Shown piece after piece: positions 1 to 10,535 of a stretch of DNA of 64,000 bases. The position numbers and the translations under genes were made by a program. Where the stretch lies: NCBI GenBank assembly GCA_041394685.1, contig JAWKHU010000034.1:150827-214826 (forward strand). Direction: 5' to 3'. Each line of letters opens with the position of its first letter. Position 1 is the first letter of the stretch. The notes beneath the pieces are model-generated. The model did not search any database. It was not told where the DNA came from and saw nothing but the letters and a program-made list of their open reading frames with translations. The DNA comes from Vicinamibacterales bacterium. GTDB lineage: Bacteria > Acidobacteriota > Vicinamibacteria > Vicinamibacterales > UBA2999.

Positions 1-2413
1 GGCGAGCAGGTCGGCCGCCCGCTTGCGCTGCTGCCAGAGCGGCGCGCGGGCGCCGGGACGCCGACGCGGGAGCAGCAGGGCGCGGCCGGCGGCTTCGCGA
101 AAGCGCGCGGCAAAGAGTGCGGTGGAGCCCAGTTGCCGCACCACGAGCCCTTCGACCTCGTCGGGATCCGGGATGAAGCGGGCCGTGTCGGGCGGCTGGT
201 CGCCCTCCGGCACACGCACCACGAACCCGTCGTCGCTCCACATGACCTCGGCGTCCAGTCCGTGCTCGTCTCGCAGCTGGGCGGTGACGGCCATGGCCCA
301 CGGCGCGTGGACGCGGCTGCCGAACGGCGAGAGGACCGAGATGCGCCAGTCGCCGAGCTCGTCGGCGGTGCGCTCGACGAGAATCGTCCGATCGTCCGGG
401 ACGGCATTGGCCGCCCGCTGCTGATCCTCGAGATACTGCAGGAGGTTCTCCGCGGCGGTGCGATCCAGACCATGGCCGGATGAGAGGCGCTCGGCGGCCT
501 CGTCCGGGTCCGCCGCGCGCAGCTCGCGCGTCAGCTTTCCGATGGCGATGCCGAGCTCGATTGGGCGGCCCGGGCCTTCACCCTTCCAGAACGGCATCTT
601 GCCGGGCTCACCGGGGGCTGGCGACACGACGACGCGGTCGTGCGTGATCTGTTCGATGCGCCACGTGGACGCGCCGAGCAGGAAGGTTTCTCCCGCGCGC
701 GCCTCGAACACCATCTCCTCGTCGAGCTCGCCGACGCGCGCCTGATCGCGTTCGGCGCCGGCCAGGAACACCCCGTAGAGGCCGCGGTCGGGAATCGTGC
801 CCGCATTCGCGATGGCCACGCGCTTGGCGCCCTGGCGGGCGGTGACGGTGCCGTTCACGCGATCCAGGTCACGCGGGGGCGCAGCTCGCGAACTCGTCCG
901 ACGGGTAGCGCCCGGACAGCATGTCGAGCAGCCCCTCGAACACACGCCGGCTCAACTCCGCATAGGGGGCCGCGCCGCCGACCAGCGCGAAGAGCTCGTC
1001 CACCGTCCAGCGATCCATCGACGCGACGGCCACGACCTGCTGTGCCAGCACGTCCAGCGGGTTGCGCGGGTAGCGCGTGGGCTCCACCTGCCCGCGCTGC
1101 ATCGCGCCGGTGACGGCGGCGGCGGCGCGGGTCGCCGCGAACTTCGGGAAGATGACGCCCTCGCTCACCTCGTCGATGCGATGTCCCGACCGACCGATGC
1201 GCTGGAGCCCGCTGGCCACCGACGGCGGCGCCTCGATCTGGACGACGAGATCGATCGCGCCCATGTCGATGCCGAGCTCGAGCGAGGAGGTGGCGACGAG
1301 GCCCTTCAACCGGCCGGCCTTCAGCAGGTCCTCGATCTCGGTCCGCTGCGCGCCGCCGCGGCGACCCGTGGTGCGCCCGCACCAGCGATTCGCCCGCCAG
1401 CTCGTTCAACGCGCCGGCGAGGCGCTCCGCGAGTCGGCGGCTGTTGACGAAGAGCAGCGTCGAGCGGTGCGACCGCACCAGGTCGAGGAGACGGGGATAG
1501 ATGGACGTCCAGATGGTGTGGACGGGCGAGGCCTGCGCGGCCGGACCGCTCGGCTGCTCTACCAGGGTGCCGACCTTGGCCATGTCGGCCATGGGCACTT
1601 CGACGGTGACCGAGAGGCGCTTCGGCTCTCGCGCATCGACCACCGTGACAGGCCGGAACGACACCTCGGCGTCCGCAGCCGAAATTCTTCGTGCAGGACC
1701 CGGTCGGCGCCAGGCGCCTGGCGGCCGCGCCCCCGTCCCTTTCGTCCGGGTGCCGCCCCGCCGAGGAAGTGCGAGACCTCGTCGAGCGTGCGCTGGGTGG
1801 CTGACAACCCGATGCGCTGCACGCGTCGCCCCGCCAGCTGCTCCAGCCGCTCGAGCGAGAGCGCCAGGTGGGCCCCCCGCTTGGTGGCGACGAGCGCGTG
1901 GATCTCGTCCACGATGACGGTCTCGACCGTGCGGAGGCGGTCCCGCGCGTTGGAGGTGAGGAGCAGGAAGAGCGACTCCGGGGTGGTGATGAGGATGTCG
2001 GCCGGATCGCGTTGAAAACGCACACGTTCCGCCGCGGGGGTGTCGCCCGTGCGGATGGCGACCGACGGCACGTGCACCGGCTCACCCGTGCGGGCGGCGA
2101 CGTTGGCGATGCCGGCCAGCGGCGCGCGCAGGTTGCGCTCCACGTCCACGGCGAGCGCCTTGAGCGGCGAGATGTAGAGCACGCGACAGCGGCCCTGCGC
2201 CTCCGGCACCGGCTCGAACATGAGGCGGTCGAGGCACCAGAGGAAGGCGGTGAGCGTCTTGCCCGTGCCCGTCGGCGCGAGGATGACGGTGGAGTCGCCG
2301 CGGGCGATGACGGGCCAGCCCTCCCGCTGCGGCCGCGTGGGGCGCTCGAACACCCCGTCGAACCACTGCTGCACGGCCGGGTGGAACCGGAACCCCTTTC
2401 GCGACGCCGCCAT
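1..2413 (-). CDS. lhr: Lhr-family DEAD/DEAH-box ATP-dependent helicase. The N-terminus is complete and the C-terminus runs off the window. The frame is broken at least 3 times (about 860-890 and about 1310-1560).
   Basis: ORF 1559..2413(-) has 'APTGTGKT' and 'VDEIH'. ORF 869..1309(-) has 'QRIGRSGH'. My own minus-strand translation of 1..860 reads '...GELDEEMVFEARAGETFLLGASTWRIEQITHDRVVVSPAPGEPGKMPFWKGEG...', typical of the Lhr C-terminal region. Confidence 0.85.
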
Positions 2414-2420
2414 ACACCGC

Positions 2421-2426
2421 TATAAT
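2421..2426 (+). promoter_or_regulatory. Perfect TATAAT hexamer 9 nt upstream of ATG 2436; possible -10 box of a leaderless transcript
   Basis: 'cgcTATAATgaatgattcATG' stands out in an otherwise GC-rich context. The -35 position (ttcgcg) is weak. Confidence 0.3.
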
Positions 2427-2435
2427 GAATGATTC

Positions 2436-2693
2436 ATGGGTGACGCTGCTGAAGGACTGATCGACGCCGATGCGCGCTTGCAGGAGCGCATGGAAGAACT
2501 GGAAGAGAGCCGCAAGGCCGCGCGCGATCGCCGGCCTCGGGTAGACCCCGAGCGCCAGCGTGCGACCGAGTCGCTGCGCCTGGCGAAGACCGAGCTCGAG
2601 CGCCAGTTCGAAGCCACCGTGCATCCCGCACGTCGCGAGCAGATCCAGCAGGCCGTGGCGGAGATCGATCGCCGCCTCGCCTCGATGGCCTGA
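2436..2693 (+). CDS. Hypothetical small charged coiled-coil protein (85 aa)
   Basis: Intact ORF, divergent from lhr, with an E/R/Q/L-rich heptad-like sequence. No family recognised. Confidence 0.45.
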   Translation: MGDAAEGLIDADARLQERMEELEESRKAARDRRPRVDPERQRATESLRLAKTELERQFEATVHPARREQIQQAVAEIDRRLASMA

Positions 2694-2729
2694 GACCCGT
2701 CCGCCGGCTTCACGCCGGCGACGCCCTGC

Positions 2730-5575
2730 TCAGCTCATCGCCTGCCGGAGTGCTGCTGCCATCGCCTCTGCCGTGTCCGGCCGGCTGGCTGGTGCGTAGG
2801 CGAGGGCGCGCTGCAGGACCGCCGCGACGCCCGCGGGCAATCCCGCGGTGTCGAGCGCGCGCGTGGTATCCGCCTGCCTGATCGCCACGTCCACGAACGA
2901 TCCGCCGCCAAACGGCAGGCGCCCCGTCAGCAGCTCGAACCCCATCACACCCAGGCTGTAGACGTCCGCGCGGGCGTCCACCCCTTCGCCACGCAGCTGC
3001 TCTGGCGCCATATAGGCGGGCGTGCCGACCACCGTCCCCGAGACGGTCAGCGTCCCGTCAGCCGCGCCCGGCGCCATCAGCTTGGCGACGCCGAAGTCCA
3101 GCACCTTCGGGCGCTCGTCCACTCCGGTCAGCACCACGTTCTCCGGCTTCAGATCCCGGTGCAGCACCTGCGCACGGTGCGCGGCGGCCACCGCGTCGGC
3201 CAGGCGCGTCAGCAGCCGCACGCCGGACTCCAGGGGTAGCGGCCCCTCGGTCAGGCGCGAGCGCAGGCCGGTGCCGAGCACCAGCTCCATCACGAGATAG
3301 GCGGAGCCATCCGGCAGCGACCCGTAGTCGAAGACCGTCACGATCGACGGATGCTGGAGACGCGCCGCGAGCTGCGCCTCGCGTCGGAATCGCTCCTGCG
3401 AGTCGGTCGACTGCACGAGCTCGCCTCGTACCACCTTGACGGCGACGTCGCGGTCGAGGCGCAGGTCGCGCGCCCGGTACACCGCGCCCATGCCGCCGCG
3501 CCCGAGCAGCGCGTCCACGCGGTACTTGCCGTCAACCGTCGTGCCGACGTGCAGCCCCCCGCCGGACCACGAGGCGATCGTGGCCGCCTGGCCCACGTCG
3601 TGCACCGGCGTTGACGCCGCCTGCCGCCGCAGCCGCCACAGATCCGCGGCCAGTCCCATCTGGCGAGCGCGATGCCTCCGAGCAGCACGCGGTCTTCCTT
3701 GCTGAACGGTTCCTCCGAGCGCTTGGGGCCGAGGGCGACGATGCCCACGAGGGGCGGTCCGTGCCGCTGCCGGCGAGGACCGGCAGCAGCGCGGCGCCAG
3801 TGGCGGCGAGCCACTCGCGGTCGGACGCCGGCAGCCGTGCGATGGGCGAGCGGTCGTCCTCCAGCGTCACTTCCAGCGGCTCGTCCGACCAGCGCAGCAG
3901 TTGCGCCAGTCCGCCCGTGGACGTCAGCGCCAGCCTCTGGCCCCGTGGTGCGGACGGTCATGAAGGCGCCCTGTTCGTTGTCGGCCAGCACGGCGGCCCA
4001 TTCGGGGTGCAGCGCCGTGTCGAGATCGTCGAGGACCCGCGGACCAGCGCTCGCGGGTCGGCTTCCGCGGGCACGCGGCTGGCCAGGGCCAGCAGGATGC
4101 CGCGCGCGTCCGTGCTCCGTGCGGAAGAAGCGCCGGTCGGCCACTGGCGCGCACGCTCGCCGCTTGCGCAGGCTGACGTGAGGAGAGCAGGAGCGGTGAC
4201 GTAGAAGAGCGGCTGTCCGCTCACGATGGCGGCCAGCGGTTGGTCGCGGCCTGCAGGGCGAGAAATGGCGAGCAGCACGCCGGGCAGCGCCATCAGGATC
4301 GCGAGCGTTCGGCGTGCCAGCGCGTATTGCAGGCCCTGGCGCAGTGCGGTGCGCGGGCTGAGCGCGCGGCGGACCGCTACCGACCAGGCCAGCCCCACCG
4401 CCGAGAGCAGCACGAGCAGGTAGGAACATCGCGACGGGCCACGGCCAGCGGAGCGGCGTCTCGACGAGGGCTCCGGCGACCGGCGGCACCGTGAGCAGGG
4501 TGTAGGCGGCCACCGCCGGGCACGGCCGTGATCACCATGGTCTCGAGGCGGCGCCGCTCGGCCGCATCGGGGTTCCGCTTGTAGCGCCGCACGCCGTCCG
4601 GCCACGATGCCGTTGGTCGTGAGGCCGACGCCGAAGCAGGCCGAACACCCACGGGCGTTCGGCCACCCACGACACCAGGCCGCCGGCCACGCCGGCCGAC
4701 CAGGAATGCCGAGGCGGCCAGGCCGATGGCCGCCAGCGGCGCTGGGGCGACGCACAGCGCCGTCGGCACCCATGGCCGGTGGTCCAGCCACTCCGCCCGG
4801 CGGGGCACGTGCAGGACGGCGAGGGCGATGATCGGGAACGACAGCGGCAAGGGCCAGCCACGTGAAGCCGAGCAGCAGGGGGACAGCAGTCCGACGCGCC
4901 GTTCCGCGCCCAGCAGCAGCCCCGCGTCGGTGACGCCCATCAACAGGAATGCCGCCGTCAGCAGCGTGGCGGCGCGTCCGCAGGCGCCGAGGGCGATGAC
5001 CAGCAGCGCGGCCAGCGTGTAGAAGAGGTGCTTGGCCAGCGGGCCGAGGTGATATTCCCGCAGCCAGAGGCCGATGGTGGCGGCGTCGAGCGACCACACC
5101 GGCGGACGATCGACCACGACGCGCCGCCCTGGCTGCCCGGCCTCGTCGTCCACGTGGAGGACGAGGGGACCGGTCGGCGACAGCGCATACATCCGGCGCC
5201 AGAGGTCGAGGGCGTCACTCGAGCGTGCCGGCAGCGTGTCGCCGAACTCCACGCGATGGCCGGTGTCGTCCTCGACGGCGCGCACGTGATCGCCCGGGCT
5301 CAATCCCGCCCGTGCCGCCGCGCCGCCGGGCTGGATGCGCACCGATCGTCACCGGCGTGCCGAGCGAGGTCCGCGGATCGAAGGCAGGCTCGGCGCGCTG
5401 ATGGCCGACGGCTCCGCCAGCGCCGCCATGACGGCGCCGCCCGACAGCACGAAGCCGCCGCCCGCCGGCCAGAGGCGCGGCCGCAGGACGACGGCCGGAG
5501 CACGAAGGCCATCACCGACAGCGCGGCCACGAGCACCGTGGCGCCGCGCAGGACCGTGCGCGTCACAAAGGCCAC
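2730..5575 (-). CDS. Large membrane sensor protein with a C-terminal Hanks-type Ser/Thr kinase domain (TM - PDZ-like - multi-TM - GAF-like - kinase); many frame breaks
   Basis: ORF 2730..3659(-) carries 'GRGGMGAVYRA', 'AVKV', 'HRDLKPENVVL', 'DFG' and 'GTPAYMAPE'. Upstream frames give 'MAFVTRTVLRGATVLVAALSVMAF', the PDZ-like 'GGAAARAGLSPGDHVRAVEDD', TM helices, and a GAF-like end 'GPKRSEEPFSKEDRVLLGGIAL' that abuts 'MGLAADLWRLRRQ'. Confidence 0.7.
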
Positions 5576-6948
5576 TCCGGCACGCCCAGCTCCGAGAGCA
5601 GTCGGCGCGCCGTGATCGTGCCGTCGCCGGTGAGGTGCGGCGGCATCGGCGGCTCGGGCGCGGGCCGCGTCGAGGCGTCAGCGATGAGCTGCGTGTAGGC
5701 ATCGGCCATGGCGGGCAAGGGTGTGACGGGCCTGCCAGCGCGCGCGCCGCGCGCCCGAGCGCGAGGCGCCTCGCCGGGTCTGCGGCCAGGACCGCGAGCG
5801 CCACCGGAACCTCCGCGGGCCTCATCCACCGGATCGATGGCGACGCCGATCAGGTCGCCGGGCGCGTCCGCCAACAGGCCGTCACCCTCGACGCGCAGGA
5901 CCGGCACGTCGCGCAGCTGCGCGAGCGCGGTGATGAGCGTCGGGCGGCCCGCGGCCAGGCACCGGAGCCACGAGGCCGAGGTCTCGCCATTGGACAGCCA
6001 GCGCAGGCACCAGCAGATGTCGGCGGCAGCCAGGTGCGCGGGGAGCACCTCGTCTGGCACGTAGCCCGTGAGGTGGACGCGGTCGTGCAGTGCCAGGCGC
6101 GCGACGTCGGCCGCGACGTCGTAGTGCGGTGCGGGTGGTCCGACGAGCAGCACGTGGAGCCCCTGATGTCCCCCCGCGGCCACGGCCTCGAGCAGCTGCG
6201 GGATGCGCTTCTCGGGTGACGCCGCCGTAGGCTTCGACGACGCAGGCGGTCTCGGGGATACCGTGACGGGCCCGCACGGCGCGGGCCGCGTCTTCGGGCG
6301 GATCGCCCCGGCCCAGGGATCAGCCACGCCCATCTCGATGGCGGCCACCGCCGCGCCGGGGTAGTGCTGCCGGAGGCCGGCGGCCAGGATGGCGTTGTGC
6401 ACGGCCGTCAGCCGCGCGCGGCGCAGGACGAGGGCCACGAGCGGCCACAGGCGGTAGAGCGAGCCGCCGAGCGCGGCGGCAAAGAGAAGCCCGAGCGCTG
6501 GCGGCGCCTCCGGATGATTCGCCCGCACCTCGGCCAGATAGTCGTCGAGCCGCGGCTCGAGCCGCCGGAGCAGCCAGAGCGCCCGCGCCTGGTGCACCTG
6601 GGCATCGTGGAGGACGACGAGGCCGGGGTAGCGGAAGAGGTAGGCCCACATGTAGTCGTGGGCGTCCGAGTTGCCGAGCTGGTAGACGATGAGGTCGTAG
6701 GGGTCGCGGCGATGCTGCCAGACGAAGTCGTGGGCCGACTGGAGACGGGCGGGGGCCGGAGGTGCCGGTCGAGACACAGACTGATCTACGGAGGGCGTGG
6801 TGCCGGCGGATGCAGGAGTGGTTCGCGGGGCGTCTACGTAGAGGTCAACCGACCGAAAACGCGGGACCAGCAGCGGCACGAGCTCATCGCTATAAGCCGC
6901 AATCCCCGTCGTCGCGGGCGGCAGCGGGCTGAACCAGGCCAGGCGCAT
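5563..6948 (-). CDS. Glycosyltransferase, GT1/GT4-like (461 aa as given, with an internal compensated double frameshift at about 6200-6290)
   Basis: The N-terminus 'MRLAWFSPLPPATTGIAAYSDELVPLL' is typical. The alternative frame 5882..6277 supplies the expected 'RARHGIPETACVVEAYGGVT' just before 'EKRIPQLLEAV'. Confidence 0.7.
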   Translation of the reverse strand: MRLAWFSPLPPATTGIAAYSDELVPLLVPRFRSVDLYVDAPRTTPASAGTTPSVDQSVSRPAPPAPARLQSAHDFVWQHRRDPYDLIVYQLGNSDAHDYMWAYLFRYPGLVVLHDAQVHQARALWLLRRLEPRLDDYLAEVRANHPEAPPALGLLFAAALGGSLYRLWPLVALVLRRARLTAVHNAILAAGLRQHYPGAAVAAIEMGVADPWAGAIRPKTRPAPCGPVTVSPRPPASSKPTAASPEKRIPQLLEAVAAGGHQGLHVLLVGPPAPHYDVAADVARLALHDRVHLTGYVPDEVLPAHLAAADICWCLRWLSNGETSASWLRCLAAGRPTLITALAQLRDVPVLRVEGDGLLADAPGDLIGVAIDPVDEARGGSGGARGPGRRPGEAPRARARGARAGRPVTPLPAMADAYTQLIADASTRPAPEPPMPPHLTGDGTITARRLLSELGVPEWPL

Positions 6949-7015
6949 GCCGCTTCATTGTGCCGCAGAGCCCAGCCGGCCCGGCACCCGCCCGCTCCCG
7001 GCCTTCCCTATCCCC

Positions 7016-7109
7016 CCATCTGCGCCATCTGCGCCATCCGCGGCCCCTGCGCTATCTGCGCCATCTGCGGCCCCTGCGTCATCTGCGGGGCCGTGATACC
7101 ATCTCTGCG
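7016..7109. repeat. 9-bp tandem microsatellite (CCATCTGCG-like, about 8 full units plus partial units) upstream of nuoA
   Basis: ccatctgcg ccatctgcg ccatccgcg gcccctgcg ctatctgcg ccatctgcg gcccctgcg tcatctgcg, read directly. Confidence 0.9.
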
Positions 7110-7177
7110 TTTGTTCATTCCTTCACAAGCACGCCCGTGCGCGCTTGTCACATTGGGTTATTGAGGCGATTGAGCAC

Positions 7178-7595
7178 ATGGAAGGTTGGGCCGGCGTTGC
7201 GCTGATGGTGCTGCTGGGGGCCACGGTCGGCCTCGGCGGGCTCGTCATTTCCGGGCTTGTCGGGCCCAAGAATCCCACCCCCGAAAAGGAAGCGGCCTAC
7301 GAGTGCGGCATGCCGCCGGTGGGCGACGCGCGCGAGCGGCAGTCGGTGAAGTTCTACCTGATTGCCATGATCTTCCTGCTGTTCGACATCGAGGTCGCCT
7401 TCCTGTATCCCTGGGCCATGGCGATGCGCGAGCTGTCGTGGACGGGGCTCCTGCAGATCACCGTGTTCTTCGCCATCCTGGTGGTCGGCTACGTGTATAT
7501 CTGGCGGAAGGGGGTCCTCGACTGGGGCCCCGAGTCGGATCCCGACTACAAGCACGCCCCGCCGCCCGGACCGGCTGTCGTGAAGAGGTATCGCT

Positions 7596-7612
<17 letters not shown>
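7178..7612 (+). CDS. nuoA: NADH-quinone oxidoreductase subunit A
   Basis: '[19 protein letters not shown]...[23 protein letters not shown]'. ATG 7178 is preferred over the TTG at 7145 in the ORF track. Confidence 0.9.
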
Positions 7613-8089
<477 letters not shown>

Positions 8090-8093
<4 letters not shown>

Positions 8094-8650
8094 GCGCGGC
8101 CGACCTGATTGCGGCCCTGGGCGCGGTGGTGCCGGGCGCCGAGTACGAGGCCCTGGAGGCCGTTGACTCCGACGTCACGCCCGTCCTGCTCGTGCCGGCG
8201 GCGCACCTGTTCGAGACGTGCCGTGCGCTGCAGTCCGCGCCGGGGCTCGAGTTTCGTGCGTTCTCGGACGTGACGGCCACCGATTACTACCCGCAGCGCG
8301 AGCCGCGATTCGAGATCGTGTATCACCTCGTGTCGCCGCACCGGCGCGCGCGCGTGCGCCTGAAGGTGCGCGTGGGCAAGGACGAACCGATGGCCTCGGT
8401 GACGCCCATCTGGGCCGGGGCGGCGTGGATGGAGCGCGAGGTGTACGACCTCTTCGGGATCGTGTTCGAGGGACATCCCGACCTGCGGCGCCTGATGATG
8501 CCCGACGACTGGGAGGGGCATCCGCTGCGGAAGGACTACCCGGTGCAGCTGCGGAAGGACGCGACGACCTACATGCCGCTGCAGGTGTCGGAGGAGGAGT
8601 TCCGGGCCAATCTCGAGCGCGACCGGCAGATACGGCCGCGCCCGCACTGA
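8090..8650 (+). CDS. nuoC: NADH-quinone oxidoreductase subunit C
   Basis: ATG 8090 overlaps the nuoB TGA. 'FEIVYHLVS...RVRLKV...[33 protein letters not shown]'. Confidence 0.9.
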
Positions 8651-8655
8651 CGCCG

Positions 8656-9228
8656 ATGGACGGCCCCGCGCGCGCGGCGGCGGGCCTGCTCCGGCAGGCC
8701 GCGAGCGTGCACGAGGCCGCGGCCGAGGTGTGTGCGGAACCGATTGCGGCCGCCGCCGCACTGGTGAGCCGGGCGCTGGCGGCCGGCGGGCATGTGCTGG
8801 CGTTCGGCAACGGCGGCAGCGCCGCCGACGCGCAGCACTTCGTCGCGGAGCTGGTCGGACGGTTCGACGCGCGGCGCAACCGGCGGGCGCTGGCGGCCGT
8901 GGCGCTGGCGTCGGACCCGAGCGTGATGACGGCACTGGCCAACGACCTGGGGTTCGACCAGGTCTTCGCGCGCCAGGTCGAAGCGCTCGGGAGGCCGGGC
9001 GACGTGGCGCTGGGGCTCACGACCAGCGGCCGCTCGCCGAACGTGCTGGCCGCGCTGACCGCCGCGCGGGCGCGCGGGATGGCGACGGTGGCGCTGACCG
9101 GGCGCGCGGGCGTCCCGGTGGCGGTGGATGTGCACGTGGCGGTGCCGGACGATCGGACGCCGCGGGTGCAGGAGGTGCACGGCACGCTGTTGCACGTCCT
9201 GTGTGAGTTGGTCGAGGAAGGACTGTAG
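8656..9228 (+). CDS. gmhA: SIS-domain D-sedoheptulose-7-phosphate isomerase (GmhA-like) embedded in the nuo operon
   Basis: 'FGNGGSAADAQHFVAELVGRF...ALASDPSVMTALANDLGFDQVFARQVEALGRPGDVALGLTTSGRSPNVLAALTAARARGMATVALTG'. Confidence 0.8.
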   Translation: MDGPARAAAGLLRQAASVHEAAAEVCAEPIAAAAALVSRALAAGGHVLAFGNGGSAADAQHFVAELVGRFDARRNRRALAAVALASDPSVMTALANDLGFDQVFARQVEALGRPGDVALGLTTSGRSPNVLAALTAARARGMATVALTGRAGVPVAVDVHVAVPDDRTPRVQEVHGTLLHVLCELVEEGL

Positions 9229-9235
9229 AGGATGG

Positions 9236-9338
9236 ACACCACGACGTCACGGACGTCGCGGAGGCCTGGCGGACGGGATGGGGCTGAATCCCCCCGTTGC
9301 CCGTCGTGCCCTTCGCGCTCCGTCGTGCCCTTCGTGGT
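9236..9338. repeat. Short inverted/direct repeat block of the CACGA(A/C)G(G) / CCCTTCGTG family between gmhA and nuoD
   Basis: 'caccacgacgtcacggacgtcgcggagg' is followed by 'cgtcgtgcccttcgcgctccgtcgtgcccttcgtgg'. Confidence 0.6.
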
Positions 9339-9353
9339 TTCCTGTGACGTCTG

Positions 9354-10535
9354 ATGGCTGAACTGCGCACCGAAACCATGACGGTGAACATGGGGCCCCA
9401 GCATCCCAGCACGCACGGCGTGCTGCGGCTCGTGCTGGAGCTCGATGGCGAAACCGTCGTCTCCGTCAGCCCCACCATCGGCTTCCTGCACACCGGCATC
9501 GAGAAGACGGCCGAGCAGAAGAAGTGGCAGCAGGTGATCCCGCTCGTCGAGCGCATGGACTACCTGGGCGCCCAGTCGAACAGCCTGGCGTTCTGCCTCT
9601 CGGTGGAGAAGCTGCTGGGCATCACGACGCCCGACCGCGTCACCGCCATCCGCGTGCTGATCGCCGAGCTGCAGCGCATCAGCAGCCACCTGGTGTGGTT
9701 CGGCACCCACGCCATGGAAATCGGCGCGGTGACCGGCATGCTCTACGCCTTCCGCGAGCGCGAGATTCTGATGAATCTCAACGAGATGCTCGCCGGCTTC
9801 CGGTTCTTCCCCAGCTACATCCGCGTCGGCGGCCTGCGCGACGACATCCCGCGCGGCTTCAAGGAAGCCGTCACGGCGTTCCTCGATCGCTTCCCCGGCA
9901 AGCTCGACGAGTACGAGACGCTGATCACCAAGAACCCGATCTGGCTGGAGCGCACGCGCGGCGTCGGCGTCATCACGCTCGACGACTGCTACCAGTGGGG
10001 GCTGTTCGGGCCCATCTCGCGCGCGGCCGGCGGCGACTACGACGTCCGCCGCGCCTTCCCGTACCTGGACTACGAAACCTACGACTTCGACGTCATCGGC
10101 GCCAGCAACGGCGACGTCTACGACCGCTATCTCGTGCGCGTGGCCGAGATGCGCGAGAGCGCCAAGATCTGCCGGCAGGCGCTCGAGCGGATCACGCCGG
10201 TGGGGGAGTGGGCGGTGAACGACCGCCGCATCGTGCCGCCGCCGAAGGACGAGGTGTACACGGAGATGGAAGCGCTCATCCAGCACTTCCTGATCTACTC
10301 GCAGGGGTTCACGGTGCCGCCCGGCGACGCCTACGTGCCGGTCGAGGGGCCGCGCGGCGAGCACGGCTGCTACGTCGTGTCGGACGGCAGCAACCGGCCG
10401 TGGCGCGTGCACATGCGCTCGCCCGGCCTCATGGCCTGCCAGGCCCTGCACAAGTTCATCGTCGGGGGCATGATCGCGGACGTCATCGCGGTCATCGGTT
10501 CGCTCGACGTCGTGATGGGGGACGTGGATCGATGA
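9354..10535 (+). CDS. nuoD: NADH-quinone oxidoreductase subunit D
   Basis: 'MTVNMGPQHPSTHGVLRLVLELDGE...' Intact 393-aa ORF. Confidence 0.95.
   Translation: MAELRTETMTVNMGPQHPSTHGVLRLVLELDGETVVSVSPTIGFLHTGIEKTAEQKKWQQVIPLVERMDYLGAQSNSLAFCLSVEKLLGITTPDRVTAIRVLIAELQRISSHLVWFGTHAMEIGAVTGMLYAFREREILMNLNEMLAGFRFFPSYIRVGGLRDDIPRGFKEAVTAFLDRFPGKLDEYETLITKNPIWLERTRGVGVITLDDCYQWGLFGPISRAAGGDYDVRRAFPYLDYETYDFDVIGASNGDVYDRYLVRVAEMRESAKICRQALERITPVGEWAVNDRRIVPPPKDEVYTEMEALIQHFLIYSQGFTVPPGDAYVPVEGPRGEHGCYVVSDGSNRPWRVHMRSPGLMACQALHKFIVGGMIADVIAVIGSLDVVMGDVDR

Noticed and set aside
7145-7177. The TTG start at 7145 for nuoA, as in the ORF track.
   Set aside because: Homologous NuoA proteins begin close to the first TM helix. 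ATG 7178 ('[13 protein letters not shown]') fits better, and the upstream 11 codons show no conservation pattern.
8175-10451. Very long antisense ORFs. These are 8175..10451(-) 758 aa, 10370..12628(-) 752 aa, 18006..20690(-) 894 aa, 53987..56041(-) 684 aa, 60914..63403(-) 829 aa and 12399..13340(-).
   Set aside because: They lie opposite clearly identified genes (nuoD/EF/H/M/N, the NHL protein and kinase, the TPR protein). They have Arg/Ala/Gly/Pro-dominated low-complexity translations typical of shadow ORFs in high-GC DNA, and they contain no recognisable motifs.
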